Shown here: piece by piece, positions 39,142 to 52,169 of the stretch
Layout: each line of letters starts with the position of its first letter
How positions within the stretch are numbered: the stretch's first letter is position 1
Source of the DNA: Adineta vaga
Taxonomy: Eukaryota; Animalia; Rotifera
Length of the DNA: 64,000 nt
NCBI GenBank assembly: GCA_021613535.1
Contig: CP075496.1
Span: 248,001 to 312,000 of the forward strand
Reading direction: 5' to 3'
The notes under the pieces: model-generated
The model's database searches: none
What the model saw: the letters and a program-made list of their open reading frames with translations, nothing else
Told to the model about the DNA's origin: nothing
Position numbers and translations under genes: made by a program

Positions 39142-41179
39142 ATGGTGCTGCTCTTACTAATATTATTAATTATTGTCATTGCGATTGTTACGTATTGCAT
39201 TTATGTATATTATCAATACAATTATTTTAAACGGTTGAATATTCCCGGTCCTAAACCAGAATATTTTTTCGGAAATCTTTCTGAGCTCAATCGTCGCGGT
39301 ATTCTTGAATATCAATGTTTACAATCATGGACAGAGAAGTACGGTTCCATCTATGGATTTTATAAAGGTATTTATACAGATTTGATATTATTGCATCGCC
39401 GATGTTCTAATGATATTGGTATCATAAAACGATAAAACTCTGACTTGTTTTTCTAGGTCATAGTCCATTTATCTGCACATCGGACGTTGATCTACTATTA
39501 GACGTCTTTGTAAAACAATTCTCAAGCTTTCATTCTCGACAATCGCTAGCTTTAGATGAACGTCAGACCGAGTACGTTCATCTTGTTCATGCCGAAGGAG
39601 AGCGATGGAAACGACAACGAATGATTGTTAATCCAGTCTTTTCTAAATTGAAGATAAAATCAATGCAACCATTAATGGTCGAATGTTTAAAAAGATTTTT
39701 TTTGAAATTAAATGAAGAAACTGCACAAGAATCTTTCGATATTTTACCATACTGCAAACGTTTTACCATGGATCTTTTTTGGATTTGTGCTTTCGGAATG
39801 GAAACAAATATTCAAAGCGATTATAATAATGAATTTTTCCAATATACCAATGCAGTCTTTGAATTAAGTGATCACAAACGAATTCTAGCCTATTTAAGCA
39901 TCTTGTTACCGGAATTCCATGATCTTTTTCGATTTCTAAATCGAAATTTCAATCAATTGAAATATTTCTTGGACGAATACACACCTCTCGGCAAATATTT
40001 CCACTTTCGACATGATCCAATTACGTGGATAACAAATAAGACAGCCCATATCATAAAAGAACGTTTAAAACAAACTGATTCGGATCATGTTCCCAATGAT
40101 CTTTTGCAAACGCTATTAAAATCAATTACAGATAATCCCAAGGAAACTCGAGTAATTATCTACATGGACTTGTAGGGAATGCGTTTGTCATTGTGAATCA
40201 TTTACTCACTTTCTGTTAAGGCAACTAGAATGTCAGATATACACTCACACAATTAAATTGGTAAAGACAGAGAAGAATGATATATTCGATATGAAAGCTC
40301 GATCTATTTTCCAACAAACTTCATCTGACCACCAAAGAGAGATTTCGTTACATGTGTGAAAATCGTCTAAGTTTAGGTTTTGAGAAGTTACATAATCTAT
40401 GACTCGTTTTAATATGCGCTCGAATAATATTTGTCGATCAGTCATAACTGAGCTTTATACATGCTTTTGTTTAGGTCGATCAATGTCCAATGTCGTCAAA
40501 TGATACTCATACATCTACGACCCATCCAAAGAATCAATTGACATTACCCGAAATTCAATCAAATATTTTTATATTTATGGCTGCTGGCTATGAAACGACT
40601 GCTACAGCGTTAGGATATCTCATGTACATTCTTGCTACTCATCCGAATGAACAAATGAAATTAATCGAATTGATTGATCTAACATTTCCACGGGCAGATC
40701 ATATCGATGAATCGCTCGATTATGATTTGTTAAATAACTTTGAGTATCTCGATTGGTTCATTAAAGAAACACTACGAATGTATCCATTTACTCAAGCATT
40801 ACTCGATCGACAACTTTATCAAAACTCCTATCAAATCGATAATCACGGATCGATTAGCAAAGGAACTGTTGTCATTGCCGATATGCATACCATTCATTAC
40901 GATACAAATTTATGGGGACCACATGATCCAAGAGAATTCTATCCGGAAAGATTCCAAGAGAAACGACATCCAATGGCATTTCTAGCATTTGGACAAGGTC
41001 CAAGAAACTGTATTGGAATGAAATTTGCTCTCTTCGAAATCAAATTAGTCATGGTACATCTCTTAACCCGATTTATCATCATTAAATCTAATCAAACAGA
41101 TAGTCATTTTAAAATTATCGATACTTTTACGACTCGACCAAAACAAGTCTACATTCAATTAAAACCACGAAAAAAGTAG
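39142..41179 (+). CDS. Cytochrome P450, CYP3-clan-like
   Basis: Exons 39142-39367, 39457-40151, 40475-41179. TM anchor + PGP, WKRQR, AGYETT, ETLR, PERF, FGQGPRNCIG. Confidence 0.95.
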
Positions 41180-41273
41180 ATCTGTCATTAAATTCATATT
41201 GATCGTCCACATATAGAAAACTCACTTATCTTTATTTTTTTCTGCTTTGTTTTGCATTTCTGAGATACATATC

Positions 41274-41343
41274 ATCTTGAGGGTGTGGGTGAGGTTGTGA
41301 TTGGATGTGGGTCAAGATATCTCTTCTTCACTGACACTCTTCA
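41274..41343. repeat. Telomere-repeat palindrome (spacer family A)
   Basis: ATCTTGAGGGTGTGGGTGAGG..TGTGG GTCAAGATATCTCTTCTTCACT GACACTCTTCAA. Confidence 0.75.
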
Positions 41344-41440
41344 AAATTAACATTACTAAATGTTTCAATAATATTATCTATGGAAAAAAAACGATTCTTA
41401 TATATTTTAAATAGAATTCAAACGTCGAATTAACATTCGA

Positions 41441-43848
41441 TTAACACGAAAATTGATTTTTTAATGATATGAGATGATTTTCAGTATTATGAAATCGTTT
41501 GAAATATGCTTTACGATAGAAAATAAATAATGGATTTCGTATCAAAAATACAATCATTTGCCATTTTCGAATAATACGTCTCCTTCTTTCTTCAATTTTG
41601 TCTTCATCATGTATTTTTAATTTCTTCTTATTACTTGAAATTAAATTAGCAGTAAATATTAATAGAACTGGATGTCGATGAGTACATTCTGTATGAATAA
41701 AACCACAATAAGAACTAAAACCATCATCCCAAGTTTCTAATTTTCGACCTAATGGTGAATAATCCAATCGACACATGTAAATAATACCACCGATAACACT
41801 TTGTAAAAGTCGACTAATCGATGAAAATAAACCAATAAAAGCATCGAGAAAGAAATTAAAATAAAGAAATATCATCAATAATCGACGATTATTCATTGCT
41901 AAAACATCACCATTATCTTGTAGAAATATAAATCGTGCAAGAAATTTGTTTAAATATGTTTTAAAATAACCAATTAAAAGTATAGGAATAAAATATTTAA
42001 GAATTGATTCAATAATTGGAATTAAATTGAATGTAATTAGAATATCAATGAAAAGAATAAAAATAAAAATAAAGAAAATAATCAAAACAAGACCCCATAA
42101 AACATAAGCAATAAGATAACCAGCAAAATGAAAATTTCCTATTGCATAAGTTGTATAATTTGATTGATTTCGTCGAGGAATTTCTGAATCATTTCCTCGA
42201 TAAACTTGAAATAGATTACGACGAATAGTTGTCAATAATAGAAACAATTGAATAACAATAATAATTGATCCAATAATAACAGCTAATAGAAATGGTCGAA
42301 CAAATAAAGGTAAAGAATGATTTGATTGGTTTTTAAGAAAATTATTATTTGAATTTTGAATTAATTGTTGTAATTGATTTAGATAAGGTAAAATTTGAAC
42401 ACAAATTTGAATTATAAAAAAATAAAGAAAAAAGAAAATTGATGAATAAAGACAAATTATACGAGATGAATATCGAAAATCATTACGCCATTGATAAATC
42501 CATCGATTCGATGAAATTTGTTGTTTATTTAATTGAAACAAATTTCTTAAATAATTCATTTCAATTGAATTTGATTTTAAAACATTTAATAATACTTTTT
42601 CTTCTTGTGTTTGTTCATTATTTTGATAATTTTTTATAAATTTATTTCGAAGTTTTCTTAATAATTCAATAATAATATATGATAAACATAAATATCGAGG
42701 TATATCAGTTAATAAATCAATAATCATAAGAAAATATCCTGTTCCATAATAATTTAATAAAATATTTAAATAAGTTCCATTTCTATTCTGTGCATTATTA
42801 TAATATCTCGGTTTACACATACCTTGTTCTATAATTGTCATAGAAAATTCGATAAAAATATAAAATGTACCAAGAATTAAACTAATTAATGTATCAATAT
42901 AAACTGAAGCTAAAATTGGATAATAACGAAAACCCATAATCAGAACTTTAAAGATTTCTTGAAGATAAATAAGAACAATACCATTTTTAATTGAATATGT
43001 TTCATTAAATACATTATTTACGATTTCTAATAGTTCATTTGCAGCAATAGCAAATGTAACACTAAGAAATGTTCGATTTATATTTGTAAAAAAATCCATT
43101 GGAACAGGTGGAATACAAATATTATAAGAATATTTTGATTTAGATAAAATTCGTTTATATTCAATTGAAAAAATGAGAATAAGAAAACAAGATATTGATA
43201 ATAGAATTAAATTATAATTTTGATAAATAATTATTCGACAAATCTTATGAGATTCATAAAATAAAGAAACATTATGTTGATATTGATCAATTATTTTATT
43301 ATGAATTGATTTAAGTAAAAACCATTTAATTGTTAATCCTAATGTACCAAGAATTAATATTAAAATAATTAATATAAAGAAAAATGGACGAATAATAAAC
43401 TTAATTCCAATTGAATATCTAAGAAAAATAAAATCAACTTTTTTTTCGTTGTTTACAAAATATTTTATACTTGAAATTGTATTTCTTCTCTTTTCGAATT
43501 CTACAACGTTTATAGATAATTAAACCATAATAAATTCCTATAAGAATCGTTAATAAACAACCAAGAATAATCACTTGAATTCCACTGTTAGTTACTAAAA
43601 TATTATATTAAATAAAACAAAAAAAAAAGATAAGAAAAACTTTCATTCATTTACATTCATTACAAATCCTTCCAGACCACCAGAATTTACATGAACAATA
43701 AAATTCATCATCAAAATTCTTTTCACAATATCCATTTTTTCCACATGGATTCGATATTGAACAATCTTTATAAAAAGAACAAAAAATAAATTTTATTCAA
43801 AAAACAACAACAACAACATATTGTCATACTTATTTTTTCAATAGACAT
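41441..43848 (-). CDS. STRA6: STRA6/RBP-receptor family multi-pass membrane protein with an N-terminal EGF domain
   Basis: FAGYLIAYVLWG, RLDYSPLGR..D.GF..Y.GFIHTE..HRHPV, RRR..WQ..FLIRNP. Small 5' exons encode CSISNPCGKNGYC..FYCSCKFWWSGRICNE. Confidence 0.75.
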
Positions 43849-44352
43849 ATTAACGAAATTGATTAGTGTAAAATTCAATTCTACTTATGTTTCTAAAATA
43901 TGTATTCTTTTAAGACTTTTTATTTGCTTTGTGTCATTATGAATCAATAGAAAAAAACGATGATAAGTTTTATTTTGTTTTATATGATCCCATAGATGAA
44001 TAATCATAATACAAGAAAAACAAAATTTATTACTGAAAAGTGACGATAAAAATTTGCTTTCTAATCCACCATTTGTTTTTATATTATCCATAGAGAAATT
44101 GTGTGCATTAGTTATAGGATGCTATGGACTTTACTTACTGATGATAATAAATGTATTCAATAAGAAGAAAAATTTAATAATCTAATTCATCTGTTTTTTT
44201 TGAAAAAATAATCATTTGTCTCACAAAATATTGCGAAAAACAATTTGAGAACTATAACATCAAATTCGAGTTCTTCGATTTCAAGTATCTTTGGTTAAAT
44301 TTCATTGAAAAACGATTGTCATTAACTAATTACTATCGAACAATGAAGAACG

Positions 44353-44414
44353 GAGGATGTGGGTGTGAGTCAAGGTATTTCTTATTCATTCATATCTACA
44401 CCCACCCTCAAGAT
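44353..44414. repeat. Telomere-repeat palindrome (spacer family A)
   Basis: GAGGATGTGGGTGTGA GTCAAGGTATTTCTTATTCATTCAT ATCTACACCCACCCTCAAGAT. Confidence 0.8.
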
Positions 44415-44513
44415 TATCTTGTTATAGATAGAGAGAAACAAATATCACAAGATACAAAGAAAATAAAAATCATATTTATAATCGAAATATCAATGTCGAT
44501 GAAGAACAGATAC

Positions 44514-47398
44514 TCAAATAGTTTTGACAGCAACTGAGAACGAAGCTGCTGAGACATGTCTTTCATTATTTCTATTAACATAACGATATTGTCGTAATAG
44601 AAAATGACGTCTTTTTGCTCGATTTTCTCGTCGAAGTTTTTCACGTTCTTCATGTACTGGATCTATACCAAAACCATATTTCAATATATCCATAACAATT
44701 ATAAATATAACAACAACAGCCATAGAAATAATACCGACATAAGTAAATGTTTTGGAAACAATTTTGTAAATAATAATCTTTGTTTTTGTAAATTCACAAT
44801 AATGACCATAAAAATGATCACCAAGACATTGACATGTCCAATTGACAGATAATGATCGACATACTCCTCGATTTTGACAAGTTATATTATGACAATAATT
44901 AATTCGTTGTTCACATCGACGACCTTTCCAAGGTGATTGACAAAAGCAATCATATGCTTCATCTACTGTTGGATGACATGTACCTGAAAACGAAAAGAAT
45001 AAGATAGATCAAAGTAAATGTTTAATCAATAACCAAAATTCAAACAAGGATTTGGATGACATGGTCGATTATCAATTTCACAATTAATACCACTGAAGTT
45101 TAATGTGCAATCACAACTATATCGATAGAGATGTGTATTTCGATTTCGACAAGTACCATTATTTTGACATGGATTATGTTGAGAACAATATTTATTGAAA
45201 ACATCACATGCAGAGCCAACTTCACATACAGGTAGAAAGAACAATGATGATTCTTTCGTTTCTAAGTATATAAAGAAAAATGTGTAATATATTTTATATC
45301 AATGAAAAATAGAATGAATATTCACTATTATTTTTAGACCATACTTGAAATGTCCAAAATGATGAATCAACGATAGCTGGACTTAATCGACCACACGTTT
45401 GTCCGTCTGTTAAAATACCTCTAAAAATATTTCATCAATTAAAATCAATTATAAATTTGTTTATACTTGTCCAAATGAATGTAATATTCTTCACCCTATA
45501 GAAATAGATCAAATAATTATAGAAACAATACTCAATAAGTATTTTACTTCCGTCCAATTGATTTTAGTAGAAAAAGTAAATAATGCGTCCGACTTCTTTA
45601 ATGCTGTATGATTTTTTTGAACACTGATTTGATAGATTTCTCTCTGTGTAGATTTAATATAGAACCGAATGAAAGTATCCGATCGATTTGACCAACTCAT
45701 ATCTCCATTATATCGAAACATCCACTGGTTTTGAGTCGAATTTACTAGACCTGTTGGTATCATACTTCCTATAGATATATTCAATGTATTTCTTTTCGAT
45801 TCATAAATGAATTCAGTAGAAGAAAAAAAATATTACCATTAATATAATTCTCCATTGACTCAGAAACATTCGTATTTATGTTATTATTGATTATTAAGTA
45901 TTGAAGGCATTCTAGATCACCATATTGTTTATTCTTGTCGATCTATGATATTTTAATCAACTATTATTTCTCATTGAATTCTCAGTAAACTAAATTCTTA
46001 CAGGTCGAAAACATACGAAATGACCACCTATGTCATCAGAAGTCGGTGTCCATGTAATATCGATTGTATACAAATGATTATTTTTATGATGCTTAATCAT
46101 CATATCTGAAATAAACATAAAATAAAGCAATGTCATATGTCAACAATATTAACTTTCACCTGTTGGTTTTTCAATTTCAATGTCGATTATTTTAACACCA
46201 GTACAACCCTCAATAAAGTTTACTTGTTCAGTAATAGTTTCACATACAGAGCTGTTTACTATTGAATCATTTCTTGATGAATTCAAATACCTTGGAGCTG
46301 AAAATATTTTTAAAATAAAGAATTTAAACAAGATATGAAAACATACGATCGACACATCGATGATTATCTGTATAAACTCTAATTATAAATTGTAAAGAAG
46401 TGCCAGAAAGACATGTGTTCGATGAAGTTGATATAAAGTCTTCAATCTTCAATGCAATTACTACTGGTTTATTTCCTATTGCATGATAAGTTAAAAAACA
46501 ATTGGTCTCATTCAACTGCGCATTTGGTTGTGGACCACAAACGCTATGGAAATCAGAAAAGACATTTATAGAGAAAATCTAGATACAAAATATAACGAAC
46601 TCTCCACATTCATCTTGTTTGGTTTTACTAGCCCATCGACAACGTACAATATCACCTTCAAAATCAAATACTGGAATTCTCCATGATTGTGTACTATTTA
46701 AAGGCACATATTTTATATATGGCATTGATGTCCGTGGTGGACTATTCAAGGTACCTTAATGAAATGAGATTTCTAATTGTTATTTTAAATCATTTCTCTT
46801 TTTCTTCGACATATGTCTTACCATTTGGTCGAAGAATTGTTGAAATAAAAGTTGAAATAGACAGACTACGGTACACCTCCTTATCTAATTCCCTACTCCA
46901 ATAGATACCTTGGATAAAAACAAATATGAATTAAAACAACAGAAGAAAAAAGATCAATCTACCATTGTGAACGAGCTCAAATGATGTGTTTTTCTGAATC
47001 GTAATGATCGACCATTTTTCAGTAGCACTCCACTTTTCATGCTCATTGAAAGCGATACATGGAGCGGACATAGAAGGATAATTTTCCAACGAACATTTTG
47101 TTGACAAACATTTAACTTTCTCATAATTTCCTATATAGGTTGATAGAAAAGGTAACCAATTGTTACAAAAGTCCCATTCACACGCTTCCCACATATATCT
47201 TTGTATTAAAATAATATTAACCGTATCTGATTTCTTCCAAAAGCTGAATCCAGGCTAAATACAGAAGTACATTAATGAAAAGATATGATCATTCAACCAA
47301 ACCTTCCATGTCATTGAACCACCAAGAAAATATCTTCCATCGATCCGTTGAAAAAAGAAAAGTAACAGAATTTTAATCGAAATTATTTTTATAATCAT
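44514..47398 (-). CDS. Type-I membrane protein: signal peptide, YFLGG/'DFEGDIVRCRW' domain, EGF repeats, TM
   Basis: Spliced exons: MIIKII..GRYFLGGSMTWK, RPNG|TLNSPP, DFEGDIVRCRW..DECG, ALKIEDF, CQNNGTC EGF repeats, TM, tail ending at 44514. Confidence 0.75.
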
Positions 47399-48193
47399 TA
47401 ATTAAAACAGTAACCGAATAATTTTAATCTTTTCAAAATACAACTAACAACTTCCACACATATTTAACAAAGATTTCTCTGAAATCATTTATGCAGATAA
47501 CACAGATATATATATATATGAGAATGAACAAATATCATAATCTCGTGCTATTTATTAGTGAGAACGTGCTATTGGACAATTGGAACATGAAAATCGTGAC
47601 ACAAACACAAACTTTATTCAGACTATTATTTGAAAGAAAGAATTCTCACATTCGACTTTATCAAATATAGTCTACAAAGCAGATAAATAAAAAATAAAAG
47701 AATGTAATGAATATGTCTACGTACGCAGAAATATTAAATGTCAAAAGTTCAATTTAATTGATAAAGTGTCACAATTAATGATATGAACTATCTACAGAAA
47801 CAATATGACTTAATTCGACAGATTCTAACTGTTTCTTCGTTTTCAAACAAACGCATACTCTTATCGGACAATGATGGTAGTAGCTATCATATATAGAATT
47901 ACTCAAATGCTAATAAACTAGAGAGAATGTCGATTGCTTCCAATGCGTTGTAGAATTTTAGAAACTAACTAAATGCGCGAAATCTAGCAGCGTCATCTCA
48001 AACTTGAAGAGTACTATAATCATTAGAAAGGAAGTGAAATAGATAAAACAAGTGAATCTGCTTAGTTACCATTTCGGAGAACCGACAAAATTCTATTATT
48101 TACTTTCGAGTCGCATATAAAAAGATGTTCGCATTTGTTGCACATACACTTTTTTTTATCAAGACAAACACAACTATATTAATAATAAACAAA

Positions 48194-48903
48194 ATGCCAC
48201 TAGATGACTCGGATCCTGAAGATCGCCGTGGATACATGGCCTGCATGTTTTACAGTATTATATTTATCGTTGCAATTCTTGCTCTTACATTTTATGGCAG
48301 CATCGAAGTAGTACACCAGTCTTCCCTCAAAGAGACAACATGTCTGGTGTTATACTCAACATACAACAAGGATGTATGTCACTCAAGTGGTCGGATTTTC
48401 ACATGTTACGAACCAAGGTGGGATATTCAGTACAGAGTAAAAGGCAGTGTTTCAGACACTGAAGGAGTAATTAATGGTAAAAAAATTGATTATAAAGAAA
48501 TCGATGCGGGAGAGAATCCCTTGGCAAAACACAAGGTTTGGATTATATTTAACCACTGCTTGCTGACAGCGACGGTGTTCTATGTAATTCTTTATTTTTC
48601 TAGATCGGTTCCAGTGATCCATGCTTTTATAGTACAAGACATGTTAACATCGTCCAGTGGGAGCCACCAACTTTGAAGACGGGTTTGGGCTGTCTGATTG
48701 CAGGTGCAGGTTTATTTCTGCTTACATTAGTGATCCTTGGTATTGCAGTAGGCAGGCGGTGTCATGCCAAGAACACGAGAACAGAGAATAATCAAAGCTC
48801 AGGAGACGTGTATCATAGAACTGCGGTTGTATTCAATCCACGCTATGATGTTAGAAGGGCGCGAGGTGAACGCTCAGCAGTTGTTCTGTCTGAGTTTGCA
48901 TAA
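48194..48903 (+). CDS. Two-TM protein with a Cys-containing extracellular loop (KCNMB/BK-channel beta-subunit-like topology)
   Basis: Exons 48194-48535 and 48604-48903 join in frame: TM-ETTC...C...C...PCFY-TM. Confidence 0.6.
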
Positions 48904-49676
48904 ATATGCTCGATGCATGACTTGATTATCAGGAACTCAAATGTTTACTTTGTAATTGAAAATTTTACCACTTTTATTGAATTTTATACCGTACGCTGAT
49001 TTATTTTTAACAAGTTTTCTTATTCAAGCATCTATTTCGCAAGGTTATGAACAATTCTAGATTTAGAGAAAAAGTCAGTTAAGTAATGTTTCAAGTAAGT
49101 GTTCAATTATTATACACATGGTCAAAATGTTTTCTCAATAACTTTTACTGAACAAAAACAAATCACTGAGCTGCTTGTAGATGGTCATAAAAAGGGATCG
49201 ATATATTGAGATCGGATCCTATGAGTAATCGGAGAGGTATTCATTCTCTATCATCCATACATCGAGTTCAATGTGAAACAATAACAAGAGAAAAACTCTA
49301 ATGGAGCGTTGTTTTAAAAGCATTCAACACATCCTCTAAAACAGAAAAAATCTCAATATCCTTCTCTAGATGAGTTAAAAACTGCTTATGTTGTACATTT
49401 AACCGTCAGTGTCTTCATTTAATTTAAATCTTTTCATTATCAACACACTCAATCTCAGACATATGAATATGATATTACAAATAGATAAAAAGAAGATAAT
49501 TATCAACACATTTTTAACTTTACTAATGCAGAAAGACCAGATATAGAAGATCAATAATGCTCGCTCATAGAATTGTAATAGTTCTAGATGAATCTACGTA
49601 AAAGAAAATCGGATAGTATGTGATACAGCTTCAAACTAATGCAAATGAAAAAAATACATTATAACAAAGTGTTTTA

Positions 49677-49735
49677 GTTGAGGGTGGGTGTGGGTATCTC
49701 CTCTTCTTTCATACCCACACCCACATCCTCAAGAT
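49677..49735. repeat. Telomere-repeat palindrome (spacer family A)
   Basis: GTTGAGGGTGGGTGTGGGT ATCTCCTCTTCTTTCAT ACCCACACCCACATCCTCAAGAT. Confidence 0.85.
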
Positions 49736-49859
49736 CTATACCACAGCACCTTCCACACTGTTTTGTTTTTGTATTATGTTTTTTAGTAATAATAGATAGA
49801 ATTTATTAGAGAATGAAATTAAATGTTTAATTGTCACTTCAAATATGATGAGAAATAGT

Positions 49860-50546
49860 TTAGCTATAGGCGACAATCGTAATATTTGCAGCAGTTGTAT
49901 CGAAATAATAGTTTTTGTTCTGTCCCCAACCAATTTCGAATTGAACAAAATCACCAACATTCAAATAAATTTGACGAAAGATTAACATGCCTGAATTTTG
50001 ATTAATCCATAATGATCGAAGTTCAACATTATTAATGGACAAATGTATATCAGTAGTTGCATTTCCATTTGGAGCATTAGGAGGTCCTGGTGAAAAAAAT
50101 ACACCTTCCACATCATAAAAGCCAGCTAACGGAACTGTAAATCGAATACACGCATGAGCATTGTTAAAACCAGGATGAAATACTAATTGACCAGGTTTCA
50201 AGTAGAACTCGTTCTGGAAGTCTATATCTGTTTTATTATTTGAATTCATACCAATACAACCATTATTTACGTAATTAAGACCACCTAATGTTGTACTGGT
50301 ACACCATTGTGAGAAACCCGACATTGTTGCTACTTGAAGATTACTATAAATTGGATTTCCATAAACGCTATTTACATATGATGAATATGGCTGAAAACTT
50401 AAATGATCGGTAGGATCAGTATAACCGAAAGACCAGTATATATTACGATTCGTAATATTAAAGTAATCATTTGGACGATAAGAGATCAGTCGAGCAGTAT
50501 TGACAATAGTAATAAAGCTGCAGAATAGAATTATGAATTGATGCAT
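49860..50546 (-). CDS. Intronless secreted beta-rich protein, bacterial-looking
   Basis: Signal peptide MHQFIILFCSFITIVNTA; WSFGY, LVFHPG..ACIRFTVPLAGFYDVEG..TTD, YYFDTT. Confidence 0.65.
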   Translation of the reverse strand: MHQFIILFCSFITIVNTARLISYRPNDYFNITNRNIYWSFGYTDPTDHLSFQPYSSYVNSVYGNPIYSNLQVATMSGFSQWCTSTTLGGLNYVNNGCIGMNSNNKTDIDFQNEFYLKPGQLVFHPGFNNAHACIRFTVPLAGFYDVEGVFFSPGPPNAPNGNATTDIHLSINNVELRSLWINQNSGMLIFRQIYLNVGDFVQFEIGWGQNKNYYFDTTAANITIVAYS

Positions 50547-51421
50547 ATCGTTTTGATACAAACAAGTGAAAGTTGCTATACAATCTAAACGTAAATTTTC
50601 TTGTTGTTATTATTAGCTTAGTATATTTGTTTCATCAGAAGTTTCTTATTTATTCAATTATACGATAGACACTATATAGTTGGAATAATAGACACACAAT
50701 AATTCCTATTTATTTTGTTTCGTTAAGCTAAATAGTAATGCCTAAAGTATATTTTCTCAACAGAAAATCGTAACGATACAATTTTGATTATATAGTAATT
50801 GAAAGTATTGTATCAGTATTTATCGACATTTTCACGATGATAAAATGTGTGAGTAGAAAACAATTGATATGAAAAGTTCATTTCTTTCATTATATTTCTC
50901 ATTCATTTGAGAAAACATTTAATTGATCTCTTAAAATACAATATTGATCCTGTACATGTTCTATTACTTTCTATTTGAGATTCTTAAATAAATTGAGTCT
51001 CATAATCTTTTTATCTTTTCTTATTTTCTACATATGTATGTTTATTGATGCATAAACCTTCTTCCTCACTTTCACTTATTCTGGTTGATTGTTTGTTATT
51101 ACAATATCAACAAAGAATTAAACTATATACTATGATTAAATATAGATAGCTATACAACGACATTTCCGAGATATTGTCTTCATCGTAGATTTTTAAAATT
51201 TTTCTATACTCTATTGTTTATAACCTACGAACTAAAACTAGAGAAAATACAATGACATTTATGCGATAAATATATACCAAAACAACGATCATTGATTCAC
51301 ACATCTCTCCACATAAACAAGCATTGAAAGGGTAACTCACCTGTAAAATTTTGTAACGATGTTCGAAAATCAATGTACAAAGATGAATATACAAAAACTA
51401 AAGGCAGTTACGTTTGTTAAT

Positions 51422-51594
51422 ATAGGAAGTCTATAGTACCGAGTTTATCGGTGTATGACAAAAACAATATTCACATAGCTGATTTATAAAATCGGAACTA
51501 GAAAATCATATCGGAAGTTTTAGTTCCGAGATTAAGAATGTATGACAAATATAATATTTATTTATATTTTTAGCTCGGAATTTGTAATTCCTAT
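51422..51594. mobile_element. Degenerate MITE-like inverted repeat
   Basis: ATAGGAAG..ACCGAGTT versus AGCTCGGA..TTCCTAT, with internal TCGGAACTA/TAGTTCCGA. Confidence 0.4.
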
Positions 51595-51660
51595 CGAAAG
51601 GTTTAAATCTATATTAGAGATATATTTCTAAAATAATTAGTTTATTTCTTTTATATTTTA

Positions 51661-51721
51661 TTGAGGGTGGGTGTGGGTGGGGAGCGTGTCTGTGTTATAT
51701 TCAGACTCACACCCACCCCTC
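51661..51721. repeat. Telomere-repeat palindrome
   Basis: TTGAGGGTGGGTGTGGGTGGG-spacer-ACTCACACCCACCCCTC. Confidence 0.8.
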
Positions 51722-52169
51722 TTTGGCGGTTTTTTACAACCTATTTCAATCTGTTTTTGTTTGTTTCGTTCATTAAGACAGATATTTTATTGCTCATTTA
51801 TTAAAAACTAAAATCATAAATATTTCAGGTTGAAAAGCTTTACTTTTTCGCAAATAAAGGACGTGACACTGTCGTATTTTTCCTCTGGTTTCGAGAGACA
51901 GTTTCGTGATTTTTTAAGAAAAGTATCCTGATTAACTCCTGGCTTTAAGATCTTCTCAGTGTCAATGATATAATAAGTCTGTTTACTATCTACTGAAATA
52001 AAAGAAAAACGAAAATATGTATATTGTCAGAAGTTTCTAGTTTATTTATGAAAGATCATTATATGATTAATATTTTGAATGTAAAAAGAAAGAAGTGCAC
52101 TGGACATGATCGCTTTCGTTATTTTTCGTTCAAATTTCATGAATATTGTCTTGAGGATGTATGTTGGTG

